Sequence record: OZ346182.1 | DNA length: 64,000 bases | DNA from: a phage | Direction: 5' to 3' (one strand) | The notes under the pieces: model-generated | What the model saw: only the letters and a program-made list of their open reading frames with translations | Told to the model about the DNA's origin: nothing | The model's database searches: none | Position numbers and translations under genes: made by a program | Shown here: positions 8,778 through 20,099 of the stretch, in pieces | Layout of the letters: every line of letters starts with the position of its first letter | Position numbering within the stretch: position 1 is the first letter of the stretch

Positions 8778-10944
8778 AAATGCCATTTTTGGCTTTCTTA
8801 CGACCTTTTGTAATCTCGTGGAGAAGTTCCTCATCCTGTGTCTCCCTACAACGAACAATGTCTTCTTCCTTGTTCAGACCAAAGTAAATACTATTCAGTG
8901 TATGTGCATCAGTACCTGTGTAGACTTCATAGAGGTCATTCTCAGCATCATAACGCAGATACTTGTCAGTTTCTGGGTTAAGATACTTGTCAAGATGCTT
9001 GCAGTAGTATCTACCATCATCTTGCTTAGTGAACTCAACTGACTCTTTACCCTCAGTTACCGCTTTAGTGAAGTCTTCATCACCCATAAAGTTACAAAGA
9101 AGAACTAGCTGGGCTGAGTTTTGGTCTACAGAGACAACGTTAGTACCTTCTTCACAAATCCACACCTCCCTCATAGGTGCTCCATAGACAGCAGCACCAG
9201 ACGGTACGTTTACAATACCATATTGTGTCATACGTCCAGTTGAAGTACCAAACACCATTGCACCAGCACTAAGGCGACCATCAGGACGAATCTGGTTCAA
9301 CCAACCTTTTTCATCATCTTTTGAGTTCTCAATAGTTCTACGTCGGTGCATCAAAGTATAGTACTTAGCAATCTTCTGTCCAAGCTCACCTTCAATCGTA
9401 TCATAAGATGATTCAGTAAGTTTTGGTGAAGTACGGATTAAGCAAGGCTCAAGCAAATCTGTGTATTTCTTCACAGACCAGTTATGCTCAATGTACTGGA
9501 CACCTTCATGCTCAACATAGCTCAAACCACACCGCTCAACCATTTCCTGCCACTTAGGATGCTTTGTAATCATCTTTTTATTGTCTTTGAAACGACAAAC
9601 TTTGATAGGGCGACCATCTGAGTCTTTCTTGTAATTCCAGTCATCTGGAATCCAACCAACTGATTTCAAGTAGTCTTTAACAACTGCTACCTGAGTCATA
9701 CGAGAAACTTCAAACTCAATTGGTGTATATGGTGCATCAATCAAACCTGTGTAGCGACTTGACTCAAGTTCAAAGTGGTTAACAACGTGGCTGTTATAGT
9801 ACTTCACAGTTTTGACTGTTTTTACTGGCTTCCAGTCTTTGCATTTCTTACCAATCTTTGCGTTCAACTCATTGCAAATTGCACGAGCATCCTTCATTGC
9901 TACAAAACCTTCCTTGTACTCTTCACCAGTTACAGAGTTGGTTGGTGTATAGCAATTCCTTTTTTCAATGTTAAAAATCTTTGTAGTTGGCTTACCAAAT
10001 GGTTTGATTTCGTATGTCTGCATCTCACCATTACGTACCTGCTGACGATACTTTGTCTTAGGGTACTTGGTAATTCTTTTCAGTCCATCTGCATGACCAA
10101 ATGTTTCAACATACTCATTCCAAGCTTTTGCAAACTCTTCTCCAGTGACTTTACCTTTGGTCTTAATAGTTGGAGGAAGATGTGGTTCAACCTCTGAAGC
10201 AAGCTCATTAGTCAACTTGTCAAGTTCCTTTACATGGAACTCCATAAGCTCTTTATCAGCTTTCCAACCATTAATAGCTTGTTGACTCATCCAGAAAGAT
10301 GTTTCTTTAGCTCGCATGTAGGTTTCATAAGTGTCTATGCCACACTTCTTAAGCTTGAGATACTCATTATCAAGTGCCCGTTTAGTTTTGGCGTTAATAC
10401 GGATATCTTCTACAACACGAGTGAAGATTTCTGCATTCCACACACCCCAATGTTCAATCTCTGGTTTACGAACACCAACACGAGCACCCCATGCAGCCAA
10501 GCCATGAGCACCTTTATAACCCTTTGGAGTTGGTCTATCCATCCACTGAACACGAGACTGGATAAGAGAATCCTGAAAGAAATTACTCCACGGCTTACAC
10601 TTTGGATTATCAAAGTTCCATAAATCCGGTGCAATGTGATTGAAAACCCACCAGTCATAACCTAGACCATTATGAATGCAAAGACGTTTTGCCTTTAACG
10701 CAAACTCAACACCTTCACGTAAGCCACCCTTAATGTACTTGGTATACTTGTGACCGAGGATAGGCTCATCTGTAAAGACCCATACAGGCGGCTCTTTATC
10801 GTCAGATTTATAGTCTGCGAAAGCCATTACGTGCACTTTAGTGAACTCAAGGAGTAAACCATCAGTTTCTGTATCACCAACTAAATGTAAGTTTTTAAAA
10901 TCTACGTTTTCCATTTTTACTCCCTCTAAAATCATTAACCTCAT
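8778..10944 (-). CDS. DNA polymerase (family A), exon 1 with 3'-5' exonuclease domain
   Basis: N-terminal DTETDGL exo motif; VDQNSAQLVLL motif A-like; ends RKKAKNGIY (first half of motif B) before the intervening sequence. Confidence 0.85.
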
Positions 10945-10974
10945 ACATTACTGCAAAAAATTATAAAAAGCAAG

Positions 10975-11003
10975 TTGACAATGCACTTGACAAGGTGTTA
11001 ATC
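10975..11003 (+). promoter_or_regulatory. promoter-like element with tandem TTGACA (GTTGACAATGCACTTGACAAGGTG)
   Basis: In divergent intergenic region; near-identical element at 56448. Confidence 0.3.
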
Positions 11004-11171
11004 TTTGCGAAGTGGGTTTTTACTTAAAAGGTTACTTAACAGTTTAACTATACAGATACTTTAAAACTCTTAAAAGATTATTTAATAGCTTTTAAAAAGC
11101 TTTAAAATATAACGTATAGAATACGTTAAGATAAAAGATTAAAACTTAATAGTTACTTAAAAGAGGCTTAC

Positions 11172-11594
11172 ATGCAGAAAATGTTTGTTCACCCAGACAT
11201 AGCTGACTTTGTTAGAGCTTTGCAGAAGTTGGAAGAACTTGACATTGCTGCTCAACGGGAATATGCTCACCATCACAGGAGAATGGTTGATATACAACAT
11301 GAAATAGAGTTGTCTGAAAACTATGAAGATGACTTAAAATGCTCTGTATTTGAGCATATGAAAGATGTTGCTACAGCTAGACGTAAAGCTAAAGACACAG
11401 TTGCTTTACTAGATTCTCTTAAAAAGAGGTTGCAAAGTGGTACAGACCTGTGTAATCTAGCGTCACTGATTAACGATGTTGAAACTTCTTGGGATAGGCA
11501 CTATTATCCACGTTCTGAAAAGACACTTGACTTTTCTTCATCAGAAAACTTAAAATGTTCTAGAAAGAAACTTAACCAACTGAGAGAGAAATAA
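11172..11594 (+). CDS. hypothetical protein
   Basis: 140 aa ORF. Confidence 0.4.
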   Translation: MQKMFVHPDIADFVRALQKLEELDIAAQREYAHHHRRMVDIQHEIELSENYEDDLKCSVFEHMKDVATARRKAKDTVALLDSLKKRLQSGTDLCNLASLINDVETSWDRHYYPRSEKTLDFSSSENLKCSRKKLNQLREK

Positions 11595-11595
11595 T

Positions 11596-12396
11596 ATGAA
11601 TATCGATGTAGAAAAGATGCTTGAAGAGAAAGGTATTGATGAAGCATTTTTAATCAATGCCGTAGAAAGCATGGCTATGATTCTTCGTGGCAACAACTAC
11701 ACAGAAAAGTTTATGCCTGCAAGCTATAACTTGCCTGAAGACAAGTCTGATAACGGTGCTTTTGCAGAACAGGTTAATATGATGTTGACAGACACTACAC
11801 TTGCTCTGGCATCTATTGCGGTTGGTGTTGATGCACTTGCTGAGTTCATTTTTTATGAAATGCAAAAGAATGACTATATCAGGATGTCAGACGAAGATAA
11901 GGAACTGTTGCTGACTAAGGACACTGATTTCATTATTGATACGCTTATCTCATCAACGAGTGCTGTTATGGCTGTTCTTGAGAAGCGTATGGAAGAGAAA
12001 CTTTCACGATATGAAAAACTTGATTGGGGCGTAGAAGAATTAAACCCACGAATCAAAGAGATTATCCAGCAAACTAAAGAGTCTTTGGAAGAAGCTGTTG
12101 AAAATGACTCTGTAGCTGACATTGAACCACTTCAGGTGAAAGTTGCACTGATGATTCCAGCTATATCTACGATGATGAATATCGTTGCACTAATCCAACT
12201 GTCACAGATGATGGGTGTGAGTATTGAGTTCATTGAGGAAATGACTGGTGGCGTTAGTATGCAAGCAATCAATGATGTTTTGGTGAACATTGGTGCTTCA
12301 ATCATTGAAGAGAAACTACGCATTAACTTCGGTGATGATTTTGTGAAGCAAATCTCAGCTATGGCTGAAAAAGAGTCTGCTGAGCAACTGCACTAA
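11596..12396 (+). CDS. hypothetical acidic protein
   Basis: 266 aa ORF. Confidence 0.4.
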   Translation: MNIDVEKMLEEKGIDEAFLINAVESMAMILRGNNYTEKFMPASYNLPEDKSDNGAFAEQVNMMLTDTTLALASIAVGVDALAEFIFYEMQKNDYIRMSDEDKELLLTKDTDFIIDTLISSTSAVMAVLEKRMEEKLSRYEKLDWGVEELNPRIKEIIQQTKESLEEAVENDSVADIEPLQVKVALMIPAISTMMNIVALIQLSQMMGVSIEFIEEMTGGVSMQAINDVLVNIGASIIEEKLRINFGDDFVKQISAMAEKESAEQLH

Positions 12397-12457
12397 GTCT
12401 TTATAAATCTTACAAGCCTCCTTAGTTGGGGGCTTTTTAGTAATTAAGGGAGATAAA

Positions 12458-13201
12458 ATGAGTAATATTATCGCATTTACTGGAAAGGCACGTTCTGGAA
12501 AAGACACCTCATGTTCTATTGTGAAGAACATCTTAGAGGATGAGTATGGCTACAATGTTGCTGTAATGGCCTTTGCAGACAACCTTAAACTATCTGCATC
12601 AAAGATATTTGACTTGACTTGGAATGACCTGTACGGTGAAACTAAAGAGACTCCGCAGGTATTTGACTTATCATATCATGAACTGATGTTTAAAGTTACG
12701 GAAGCTATGGAGTTCACCTTCAGGGATGAACGTTACCATATGGACTTCAAGCTTATGTCAGAGTTAACCGGACGATTAATCATGGAGCTTAAGAAGGTTG
12801 CTAAACCGACTCTATTGACACGTCTGGGGTTTAGTAAAAAGTATAAATTCTCATCAAGACAAATTCAACAGATTTGGGGTACTGAAGTTGTCCGTAAAGT
12901 AATGGGCGACAAGTTCTGGTCTAAAGACCTTGAAAAAAGAATGGTTAGATTCCATGAAATGTGCTCACTTAGAAACCAATATGGTTTTGTCTTAATCAGT
13001 GATTTAAGATTTGACTCTGAAGCTGAATGGCTGAGTAGATTTGCACACCAAACTATTGAAGTAAAAAGAGACAATGTGGACAAAGTTTCATCACATGTTT
13101 CAGAAAATGGGATTTCTACAAAATATGAGCGTGACATTATTCATAATAATGGTACTCTTGCAGACCTTGAGAACAAGCTAAGAGCCATCATTAAAGTTTA
13201 A
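12458..13201 (+). CDS. deoxynucleoside monophosphate kinase-like P-loop kinase
   Basis: N-terminal IAFTGKARSGKDTS resembles T4 gp1 dNMP kinase P-loop. Confidence 0.6.
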   Translation: MSNIIAFTGKARSGKDTSCSIVKNILEDEYGYNVAVMAFADNLKLSASKIFDLTWNDLYGETKETPQVFDLSYHELMFKVTEAMEFTFRDERYHMDFKLMSELTGRLIMELKKVAKPTLLTRLGFSKKYKFSSRQIQQIWGTEVVRKVMGDKFWSKDLEKRMVRFHEMCSLRNQYGFVLISDLRFDSEAEWLSRFAHQTIEVKRDNVDKVSSHVSENGISTKYERDIIHNNGTLADLENKLRAIIKV

Positions 13202-13209
13202 AAGAGAGA

Positions 13210-13410
13210 ATGAAGATGAGAGTAAAAGACAATTTTAAAGTTATTGACCACCGTTTAGTGGAACTCTCATCTCTTTCCAATGAGGTAATGATTGAACGTC
13301 TTAAGAGAGTTGAATCACGAAGGAAAGAGATTGCAGATGAAATTCATGAACTGGACAAGATTGAAAATGGATTGAAGGCAGAACTACAACGAAGAGGTGC
13401 TAATGTCTAA
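13210..13410 (+). CDS. hypothetical small coiled-coil protein
   Basis: 66 aa ORF. Confidence 0.3.
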   Translation: MKMRVKDNFKVIDHRLVELSSLSNEVMIERLKRVESRRKEIADEIHELDKIENGLKAELQRRGANV

Positions 13411-15388
13411 AGGTCGTAAATTGAAAGAGGCTGGTCAGTTTGTTGGTCATTGCGCATGTCCACGTTGTGGTTCATCAGATGCTGGTTCAATCTATCATCA
13501 TGACGATGATTCTTATTCAATGACTTGCTTTAGTTGTAACAAAGGTTTCCCAGAGTGGGATTTTGATAAAGGACAAATCGTGAGCACTTATTCTACTGGT
13601 TCAGACAATAAAAACCGTACTTTCCGTGGAATGGATTTAGACGATGTAAAAGAAAACCTTGAAGCAATGGACTTAAAGGATAGGAAGATTCCTGCAAAAG
13701 TCCTTGAACGCTTAGGTATCAAGGTTGACATTGACAGTGACGGTGAAATTGATGCGCACTTCTATCCAACTTACAAACGTAATGAAGATGGTAAGCTAGA
13801 ACATGTTGGCTACCGTGTTCGTCACCGTTACCCAGAAGACCATCCAAAAGAGCACCTACGTGGTAAGCTAAAAGACTTTTCTGGTGGTGTTGGAGACATT
13901 AAAGGTGAACTAGCAATGTTCGGTTCATGGATTGCTCCAGAAGGTGGTAACCGTCTATTCATCTGGGAAGGTGAGATGGAATGTGCGACAGCAATCTATA
14001 TGACTTCTCTTGCGATTAAGGACAAGTCTCGTCGTAAGAATTACTGTCACGTATCTGTTCCATCAGGTGCAAACATTAAGTCTATCAAAGACAACTATCA
14101 GTACATCACATCATTTGATGAGATTTACTTGTGCTTTGATAACGATGAAGCAGGTGCTAAAGCTACCAAAGAGGCTGCTGGTATCCTACCTATTGAGAAG
14201 GTTCGCTTATTCCAGTATCCAGAAGGCGTAAAAGACCTTAACGAGTGGTGGACAAAGTTCTATAAAGAGAAAGATACAGTTCTGGAAGGATTTAAGCAGC
14301 GTATCTACAATGCACCTCGTTACTGTCCTGCTGGTATCAAGAACTTTGCAGATGGTTTTGAGGCAATGAAGAATCGTGGTCAGATTCCATTGATTCCTTT
14401 CCCAGAATCTTTCGGAGATTTGAACAGGCTGACTTATGGTGGTTATGGTCTAGGTGAGATTACAACTATTGCAGCCCCATCTTCAGTAGGTAAGTCAGCT
14501 TACACTCGTGAGATGATTTACTCAGCTTGGAAAGAAACTGATTATAATATCGGTGTAATTCCTGTAGAAGATACCTATGAAGAGTTGATGGAGATGCTCT
14601 GTGCAATCCACTTAAGCAAGCAGATTTCTGAGATTCCTTATGATGAACGAGATTGGGATGAATTAAAGGGAGCACACGCCGAGCTTTCAAAAGGTCGTCG
14701 CATCAATATCGTTGACCATCAAGGGGCAATTGACCAAGATAACCTGCTGGAGTTTGTTGACTATCTTGTTAATAGCTTAGACTGTAAGATTATCATTCTT
14801 GACCCTATTACGTTGGCTCTGTCACGTTCAGATACGGATGAAGAGGAAGTTTTATCTGAGCTATTGCGTCGTTGCAAACGCTACCAGTATGCACAGGTAA
14901 ACGTCTGTCACGTTCGTAAGAGTGCAGGTGGTCAGAAAGCTAACTCTGAAGGTGGAGATATCTCTGAAGAGGACATTAAAGGTTCTGGTGCGTATTTCCA
15001 GATTTCCATGAACAACATTCTGTTAATGCGTAACAAGGTTGACCCAGACCCTGTTAAGAAAAACTTGACAAAAATTAAGTTAACTAAGTGTCGTCGTCAT
15101 GGCAAGTCAACAGGTATTGCTGGTCATACTTGGTACAATCCAGACACAGGACGTCTTATCAAAGCTTCTGGATGTGGTGTTGACATTGATGGTGCAGCAG
15201 AAAATATTCGTCAACAGTTTGGTATTGGTGAAGCCGAAGACCATTATGACGACTCTTTGCCTCATTATGAGGATGAAGTGTTTGACCGTGAGACTGGTGA
15301 AGTCTATACTGAAGAACAGCGTCAAAGCTCAACGATTCCACCTGTATTAAGTGAGGATGCAGATGACTGCCCGTTTGAAACTGAGTGA
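13397..15388 (+). CDS. DNA primase-helicase (zinc ribbon, TOPRIM, DnaB-like helicase)
   Basis: CPRCGSSD...C..C zinc ribbon; EGEMECAT and DNDEAG TOPRIM motifs; Walker A APSSVGKSAYT. Confidence 0.9.
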   Translation: MLMSKGRKLKEAGQFVGHCACPRCGSSDAGSIYHHDDDSYSMTCFSCNKGFPEWDFDKGQIVSTYSTGSDNKNRTFRGMDLDDVKENLEAMDLKDRKIPAKVLERLGIKVDIDSDGEIDAHFYPTYKRNEDGKLEHVGYRVRHRYPEDHPKEHLRGKLKDFSGGVGDIKGELAMFGSWIAPEGGNRLFIWEGEMECATAIYMTSLAIKDKSRRKNYCHVSVPSGANIKSIKDNYQYITSFDEIYLCFDNDEAGAKATKEAAGILPIEKVRLFQYPEGVKDLNEWWTKFYKEKDTVLEGFKQRIYNAPRYCPAGIKNFADGFEAMKNRGQIPLIPFPESFGDLNRLTYGGYGLGEITTIAAPSSVGKSAYTREMIYSAWKETDYNIGVIPVEDTYEELMEMLCAIHLSKQISEIPYDERDWDELKGAHAELSKGRRINIVDHQGAIDQDNLLEFVDYLVNSLDCKIIILDPITLALSRSDTDEEEVLSELLRRCKRYQYAQVNVCHVRKSAGGQKANSEGGDISEEDIKGSGAYFQISMNNILLMRNKVDPDPVKKNLTKIKLTKCRRHGKSTGIAGHTWYNPDTGRLIKASGCGVDIDGAAENIRQQFGIGEAEDHYDDSLPHYEDEVFDRETGEVYTEEQRQSSTIPPVLSEDADDCPFETE

Positions 15389-15640
15389 TAGTTATAAAAG
15401 AGAGGGATTCATACCCTTCTTTCAAGAAAAAAGTTTAAATGAATTTCAGGAAGAGTGTTTGACAAAGATTGATAGGTTCTATAGAATGCTCTACATGAAA
15501 TGTGATGGAGGTGTTGAGGTAGAAGAAAAGTTCCATCATAGTATTATCACAGTCACTATTACTATACCTGAACATAATATTGGTTGGCTGTTTATAATGA
15601 AAGAAAATGTGTTTGAATATCAAGTATATCGGAGAATATC

Positions 15641-15790
15641 ATGAAACACTCTAAAGCATTTGAAAAAGTTTTTGGGGATTCCTTAAAAGCCACTGCTGGA
15701 AAACCAGCAAAATACTATGAAGAGAAGCGTGTAAGAACTGGAAAAACTGCACGTAAAGCAGCTTCTAAAGATAAGCACAACTTCCAGTAA
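15641..15790 (+). CDS. hypothetical small basic protein (49 aa)
   Basis: ATG at 15641 with GGAGA 5 nt upstream; not in ORF track (shorter than 60 aa). Confidence 0.3.
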   Translation: MKHSKAFEKVFGDSLKATAGKPAKYYEEKRVRTGKTARKAASKDKHNFQ

Positions 15791-15862
15791 TTAGTATTTG
15801 ACAATAGAGTATCAACAAATTAGAATTGGTACTCTTCATAAATTGAGATAGAGGTTTAAATA

Positions 15863-16720
15863 ATGTCTAAAGTTGTTAAAATGAAAGCTCCGGTAGAGAA
15901 GTACAACGGTACTGAACGTCAAACTCTGCGTTACCTGCTGAAAGATGTCTGGTTTTATTACCTGAACACTTCACCACGTCCGGGAAAAGGTAAGTCTATT
16001 GATAAGAAATTCCCAGGAAAAGATTGTAACTACAGCGTATCAATTCTGGCAGAAGACGGTAACAAACTGTTTAAAGAGTTTACTAAGTCTAAGAAAAATC
16101 CAGAAGGCTGGGATAAAGTTACTACTGAAGCAGTTGATGCAGATGACTTCGAAGAGAAGTTTGGTTGTAAACCACCTTTTGAAGCAGACACTTACTACAT
16201 CTTGAAAGTAAGTCGTGCAGCAGCTTATAAAGATGGTGCTGTATGGACAGCTAAACAGTCATTCCCTGTAATGCTGATTGAAGAAGTAAATGGTAAGCGT
16301 GTAGCTGTTAAGCAGCCGATGAAGAAAATCAAAGCTCAAGCATCTGATAAACATGAAGATGACAAGAACTATGATGTAATTCATCCAGATATTGCAGTTG
16401 GCAACGGTTCTTTTGGTAGTGTGATTCTTTCTACTCACTTCTACACTTTTGAGAACAATGTTCTGACAAAACCTATTCAGGAACAGTTTATCATTGACAC
16501 TCTTGTACCTTACACTGGTGGTAACGGTGCTAATGGTGAGCCTGAACTGGATGAAGATGAACTGGCTATGCTTGGTCTTGATGGTGTTGAAGATAACGGT
16601 GAAATCACTGAAGAAGACGCAACAGACCATAAACCTTCGAATGCTTCTGATGATGGTGATGATGAAGATTTACCAGACCCAGATGACGAAGAAGATGAAG
16701 ACTTCGATACAGAAGACTAA
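15863..16720 (+). CDS. putative ssDNA-binding protein with acidic C-terminal tail
   Basis: 285 aa; highly acidic C-terminus (DDEDLPDPDDEEDEDFDTED); sits between primase-helicase and flap endonuclease. Confidence 0.4.
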   Translation: MSKVVKMKAPVEKYNGTERQTLRYLLKDVWFYYLNTSPRPGKGKSIDKKFPGKDCNYSVSILAEDGNKLFKEFTKSKKNPEGWDKVTTEAVDADDFEEKFGCKPPFEADTYYILKVSRAAAYKDGAVWTAKQSFPVMLIEEVNGKRVAVKQPMKKIKAQASDKHEDDKNYDVIHPDIAVGNGSFGSVILSTHFYTFENNVLTKPIQEQFIIDTLVPYTGGNGANGEPELDEDELAMLGLDGVEDNGEITEEDATDHKPSNASDDGDDEDLPDPDDEEDEDFDTED

Positions 16721-16737
16721 TCTCTAAAAGTTACTTT

Positions 16738-16766
16738 AAAGCCCTGTACTTAGTATGGGGCTTTTT
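16738..16766 (+). terminator. rho-independent terminator
   Basis: AAAGCCC-loop-GGGGCTTTTT. Confidence 0.5.
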
Positions 16767-16782
16767 CATATGGAGAGCCATA

Positions 16783-17829
16783 ATGGAGAAGTACACATTA
16801 ACAAAACTTCCCGATTCAGTTACACATGTTTTTATTGACTCTGACAGTATTGCCTATAAAGGTGCTTGTGTAGTTGAGAAAGCAAAGTATAAATATGTCA
16901 ATAAACTCACAGCAGAAGAATCTGAACCATTTGATAATGCGAAAGATGCTGCAAGATGGTTAGCAGACCAGAGAATCCTTGTGGAAGAACTTGGCCTGAC
17001 ATTTGATGAAGATGAATGGGAAAGACAGACTTGGAAAGAAGCTAAGAGTGAAAAAGAAGCTATCATGGCTACTCAACAGGTTCTTCAGGAATGGCTTAAG
17101 GTTGTTGGTAAAGAGAGAATTTGGGTAGGTTATCTAACAGAGAAAGGTGTGCATAAGCATAAAGACATTAAAGGTCTTGAGCACCAATATCAAGGTAACC
17201 GTAAAGATGCTGTCACACCAACACACTTAGTTGCTTGTCGTGAGTATCTTCTGTCAAGACCAGAGTTCAAACTAATTCTTGATGGATTTGAAGCCGATTC
17301 TATCGTTATTGCTAAAGCTGAAAAGATGGGTAAAAAGGCTGCCTTGATGAGTATTGATAAAGACCTTCGTCAAGCTGAAGGGACTTACTGCATTGATATG
17401 ACCTATGAAAAGTCACCTTTGATTTTCATTGCTGACAACAACGTAGGTGAAATTTGGGATTGCCCAATAAAATCGACACCAAAAGCTAAGAAGACAGTTG
17501 GGGTAGGTTTTAAATTTCTTTGTTACCAAGCTGTGGCTGGTGATAATGCTGATAATTATTTTGGTTTAAAGGGCGTTGGTAAGGCTACTGTAATGAAAGC
17601 ACTTGAAGGTAAAACCACCTACAAAGAGTGTCTTGATGCAATTTATGAGCTTTATGCTAAGAAAGAGTCATACACTTATGTCTCGTGGGATGGTCAAACA
17701 ATTACCAGAACACCTTTAGAGTTAATGCAGCAACACTTTTTCTTAGCTTATCAGGAAAGAAACAAGAAAGACGATTTTACTTTTGATAAGTATGGGTGGA
17801 CACCAAATGTTAACTCAACAAACTCTTAA
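16783..17829 (+). CDS. 5'-3' exonuclease / flap endonuclease (T4 RNase H-like)
   Basis: HVFIDSDSIAYKG, LILDGFEADSIVIA, MSIDKDLRQ and AGDNADNYFGLKGVGK motifs. Confidence 0.8.
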   Translation: MEKYTLTKLPDSVTHVFIDSDSIAYKGACVVEKAKYKYVNKLTAEESEPFDNAKDAARWLADQRILVEELGLTFDEDEWERQTWKEAKSEKEAIMATQQVLQEWLKVVGKERIWVGYLTEKGVHKHKDIKGLEHQYQGNRKDAVTPTHLVACREYLLSRPEFKLILDGFEADSIVIAKAEKMGKKAALMSIDKDLRQAEGTYCIDMTYEKSPLIFIADNNVGEIWDCPIKSTPKAKKTVGVGFKFLCYQAVAGDNADNYFGLKGVGKATVMKALEGKTTYKECLDAIYELYAKKESYTYVSWDGQTITRTPLELMQQHFFLAYQERNKKDDFTFDKYGWTPNVNSTNS

Positions 17830-18298
17830 AGAGTACCTACATTATGACCCCGAAACAGGGGTCTTTACTTGGATTAAGAAATCTGCTAGACACACAAAAA
17901 TTGGCTCTGTTGCAGGTACAAACTTAAGAGGGTATACCAGAATTTATTTGTTTGGTAAGGGCTATTATGCACATACCCTAGCCGTTCTGTATATGGATGG
18001 ATACCTACCTGAGTGTGTTGACCATAAAAATCATGTAACACTAGACAATCGCTGGGTAAATCTTAGGGCATGTACGTTATCAGAGAACCAATGTAATAGG
18101 TTGCTCAATAAGAACAATAAATCAGGTGTTAAAGGTGTGTACTACAAAAAACAGTATGGTAAGTGGTCTACACAGATAACTTTTAAGAAGAGGGTTTACT
18201 TCTTCGGCAACTATGACACTATTGATGAAGCAGCAGAGGTTGTAAATAGGGAACGTCAACGTTTACACAAAGAGTTTGCTAATAAAGGTGATGAATGA
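17783..18298 (+). mobile_element. HNH homing endonuclease with AP2-like domain (paralog of 7411-7944)
   Basis: HYDPETGVFTW...VDHKNHVTLDNRWVNL...SGVKGV...GKWSTQITF; shares identical 30 nt segment with the 7411 gene. Confidence 0.75.
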
Positions 18299-18795
18299 GA
18301 AAAATAAAAGGTTTTGGCAATTGCCCTGAATATGGACATTGGGTTTCACTATGTGGTGAAGTTGACCCAGCAAAGCACTTTGGTTTTGTCTACCTAGTGT
18401 ACTGCAAAAAGACTGGACAGTACTATTTGGGTAAAAAACAGCTTAACAGTGTGACCAAAAGAAAAGTTGCTGGGAAGACTCGGAAGAAGATAGTCACTAA
18501 GGAAAGTGATTGGATGACTTATGAGACTTCTTCTGAGTATATTAAAAAAGATATTGAAAGCTTTGGAAAAGAATTTTTTGACTTTTACATTATTCAGACC
18601 TACTACACAAAAGGTGGCCTAGTCTATGGTGAAGCAAACCTTCAACATAAATTCGATGTAATGACAAAAAGGATTGACTCGAAGCTCAGACTCTTCTACA
18701 ATGCCAATATTGCAGCAATTAAGTTTATTACTAAAGAAACTTATGAAGATGCTGAAAAAAGAATCCATAAGGTAATGAAAGCAAACTGTGCTTGA
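18295..18795 (+). mobile_element. GIY-YIG family homing endonuclease-like protein
   Basis: FGFVYLVYCKKTGQYYLGKK matches GIY-(x10)-YIG motif. Confidence 0.65.
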
Positions 18796-18801
18796 TAACT
18801 A

Positions 18802-19047
18802 TTGAGAGAGAATAAAATGTTTAACAAAAGTAAAGCTGTGAGTCATGTAGCAAAGGTTGACAGCAAGATTGAAGAACTTGAGCGCATTCTTGCAAATGCC
18901 AGAGAGTCAATAATTAAAGAAGTTGAAGCTGTTGAATCTCAAATGCAACACCTAATGCTTAAACGTCAAGAGTTACGTGAGCATCTGGAATATATTGAAA
19001 CACGAGAGCTAAAGGTTAACAGATTTTTAAGGAGTCCAAATGTTTAA
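18802..19047 (+). CDS. hypothetical coiled-coil protein
   Basis: 81 aa ORF. Confidence 0.35.
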   Translation: MRENKMFNKSKAVSHVAKVDSKIEELERILANARESIIKEVEAVESQMQHLMLKRQELREHLEYIETRELKVNRFLRSPNV

Positions 19048-19795
19048 CTCAAGAGAAGCAGTAAAAAACTGGAATCTTCGTTGTGGAAACACTCAAAAGC
19101 AACCTTACAGTGATGAGTATTGGGAATCTTTAAAATCCCAGTCTCTGTGTATGCTTGAAGAAGCAAAAGAGCTTGTAAAAGCAATTGAAGAGAAAGACCC
19201 CATTGAGACACTGGATGCTCAGGCAGATTTGCAATATGTTCTTGATGGTCTGATTTATCTGTCACAACATGACCATAACGGTGCTATGAAAGCTGTTTGC
19301 CATAATAATGACCTGAAATACACAGATAACTATGAAGAAGCTTTAAAACGTCTTGCAGATATTGAAAAGCGTACTGGTCAAGAGTGTATTATCAGAATGT
19401 CAGTAGTTGATGGTAAAGAGTGGTATGCAATTGTTCGTGCAGCAGATGGGAAGATTATGAAGCAATCAAATCTCCCTAAAGTACAGCTTGGTGAATACAT
19501 TGTAGAACTTGAAAGCCAAGAACTTTTTGTGGTAGTATCTGAGACATGCGTTATCTGCAAAGGTATTGTATGTAGCTTAAAGGATTTGGGTGTAGATGGT
19601 TTTGTAGAAGTTAATCCAATTACCTCTAAAGCAGATAAAGATTTCTGTAAAGAGAATGGACTATGGATTGCAGATATTGTCTACTATGATGGTGAGCAGT
19701 TCCATGTAACCTCATACCCGAAACTGAATTATGATGCTAATAACCTGAAGTGCTGGTTAAAAGGGGTTGGTTATAATGGATTCACAGAACATTAA
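19040..19795 (+). CDS. hypothetical protein with MazG-like N-terminal region
   Basis: EEAKELVKAIEEKDPIETLDAQADLQYVLDGLIY resembles MazG/HisE-type NTP pyrophosphohydrolase helix pair (weak). Confidence 0.35.
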   Translation: MFNSREAVKNWNLRCGNTQKQPYSDEYWESLKSQSLCMLEEAKELVKAIEEKDPIETLDAQADLQYVLDGLIYLSQHDHNGAMKAVCHNNDLKYTDNYEEALKRLADIEKRTGQECIIRMSVVDGKEWYAIVRAADGKIMKQSNLPKVQLGEYIVELESQELFVVVSETCVICKGIVCSLKDLGVDGFVEVNPITSKADKDFCKENGLWIADIVYYDGEQFHVTSYPKLNYDANNLKCWLKGVGYNGFTEH

Positions 19796-20099
19796 TAAAG
19801 AGGGTGTGGCTCAGAAGAGCCACTTCTCAAACTACAATATTTCTATGACGGTGTTTATGAATGACCCGTTACTAGAAAAATATGGTGAGACTCCAGATAC
19901 ACTTCTGGACAATGAACAAGTTTTAAAAGCAGTCCTGTACAAATATGGGATTGATATTGAGAAAGAGTATTCTTTTGAAATCTGCCAACACAGAAATACT
20001 TTTGGGAAAGTTGTAATGGCTCCACTCTTCATGGGTGTAGAAAGGACTGACTATGGTTGGTTATATCTAAAAAGAAACTTGGAGAAATACCGTGTCTAA
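19767..20099 (+). CDS. hypothetical protein
   Basis: 110 aa ORF. Confidence 0.3.
   Translation: MVIMDSQNINKEGVAQKSHFSNYNISMTVFMNDPLLEKYGETPDTLLDNEQVLKAVLYKYGIDIEKEYSFEICQHRNTFGKVVMAPLFMGVERTDYGWLYLKRNLEKYRV

Noticed and set aside
8818-10623. Plus-strand ORFs 8818-9042, 9775-10197 and 10234-10623 lying antisense within the DNA polymerase gene
   Set aside because: Fully contained in a well-supported minus-strand gene, with low-complexity hydrophobic translations; treated as spurious.
15351-15644. 97 aa ORF overlapping the 3' end of the primase-helicase gene
   Set aside because: Begins inside the primase-helicase gene with no RBS; the 49-codon ORF at 15641 with a GGAGA RBS is the more plausible gene here.
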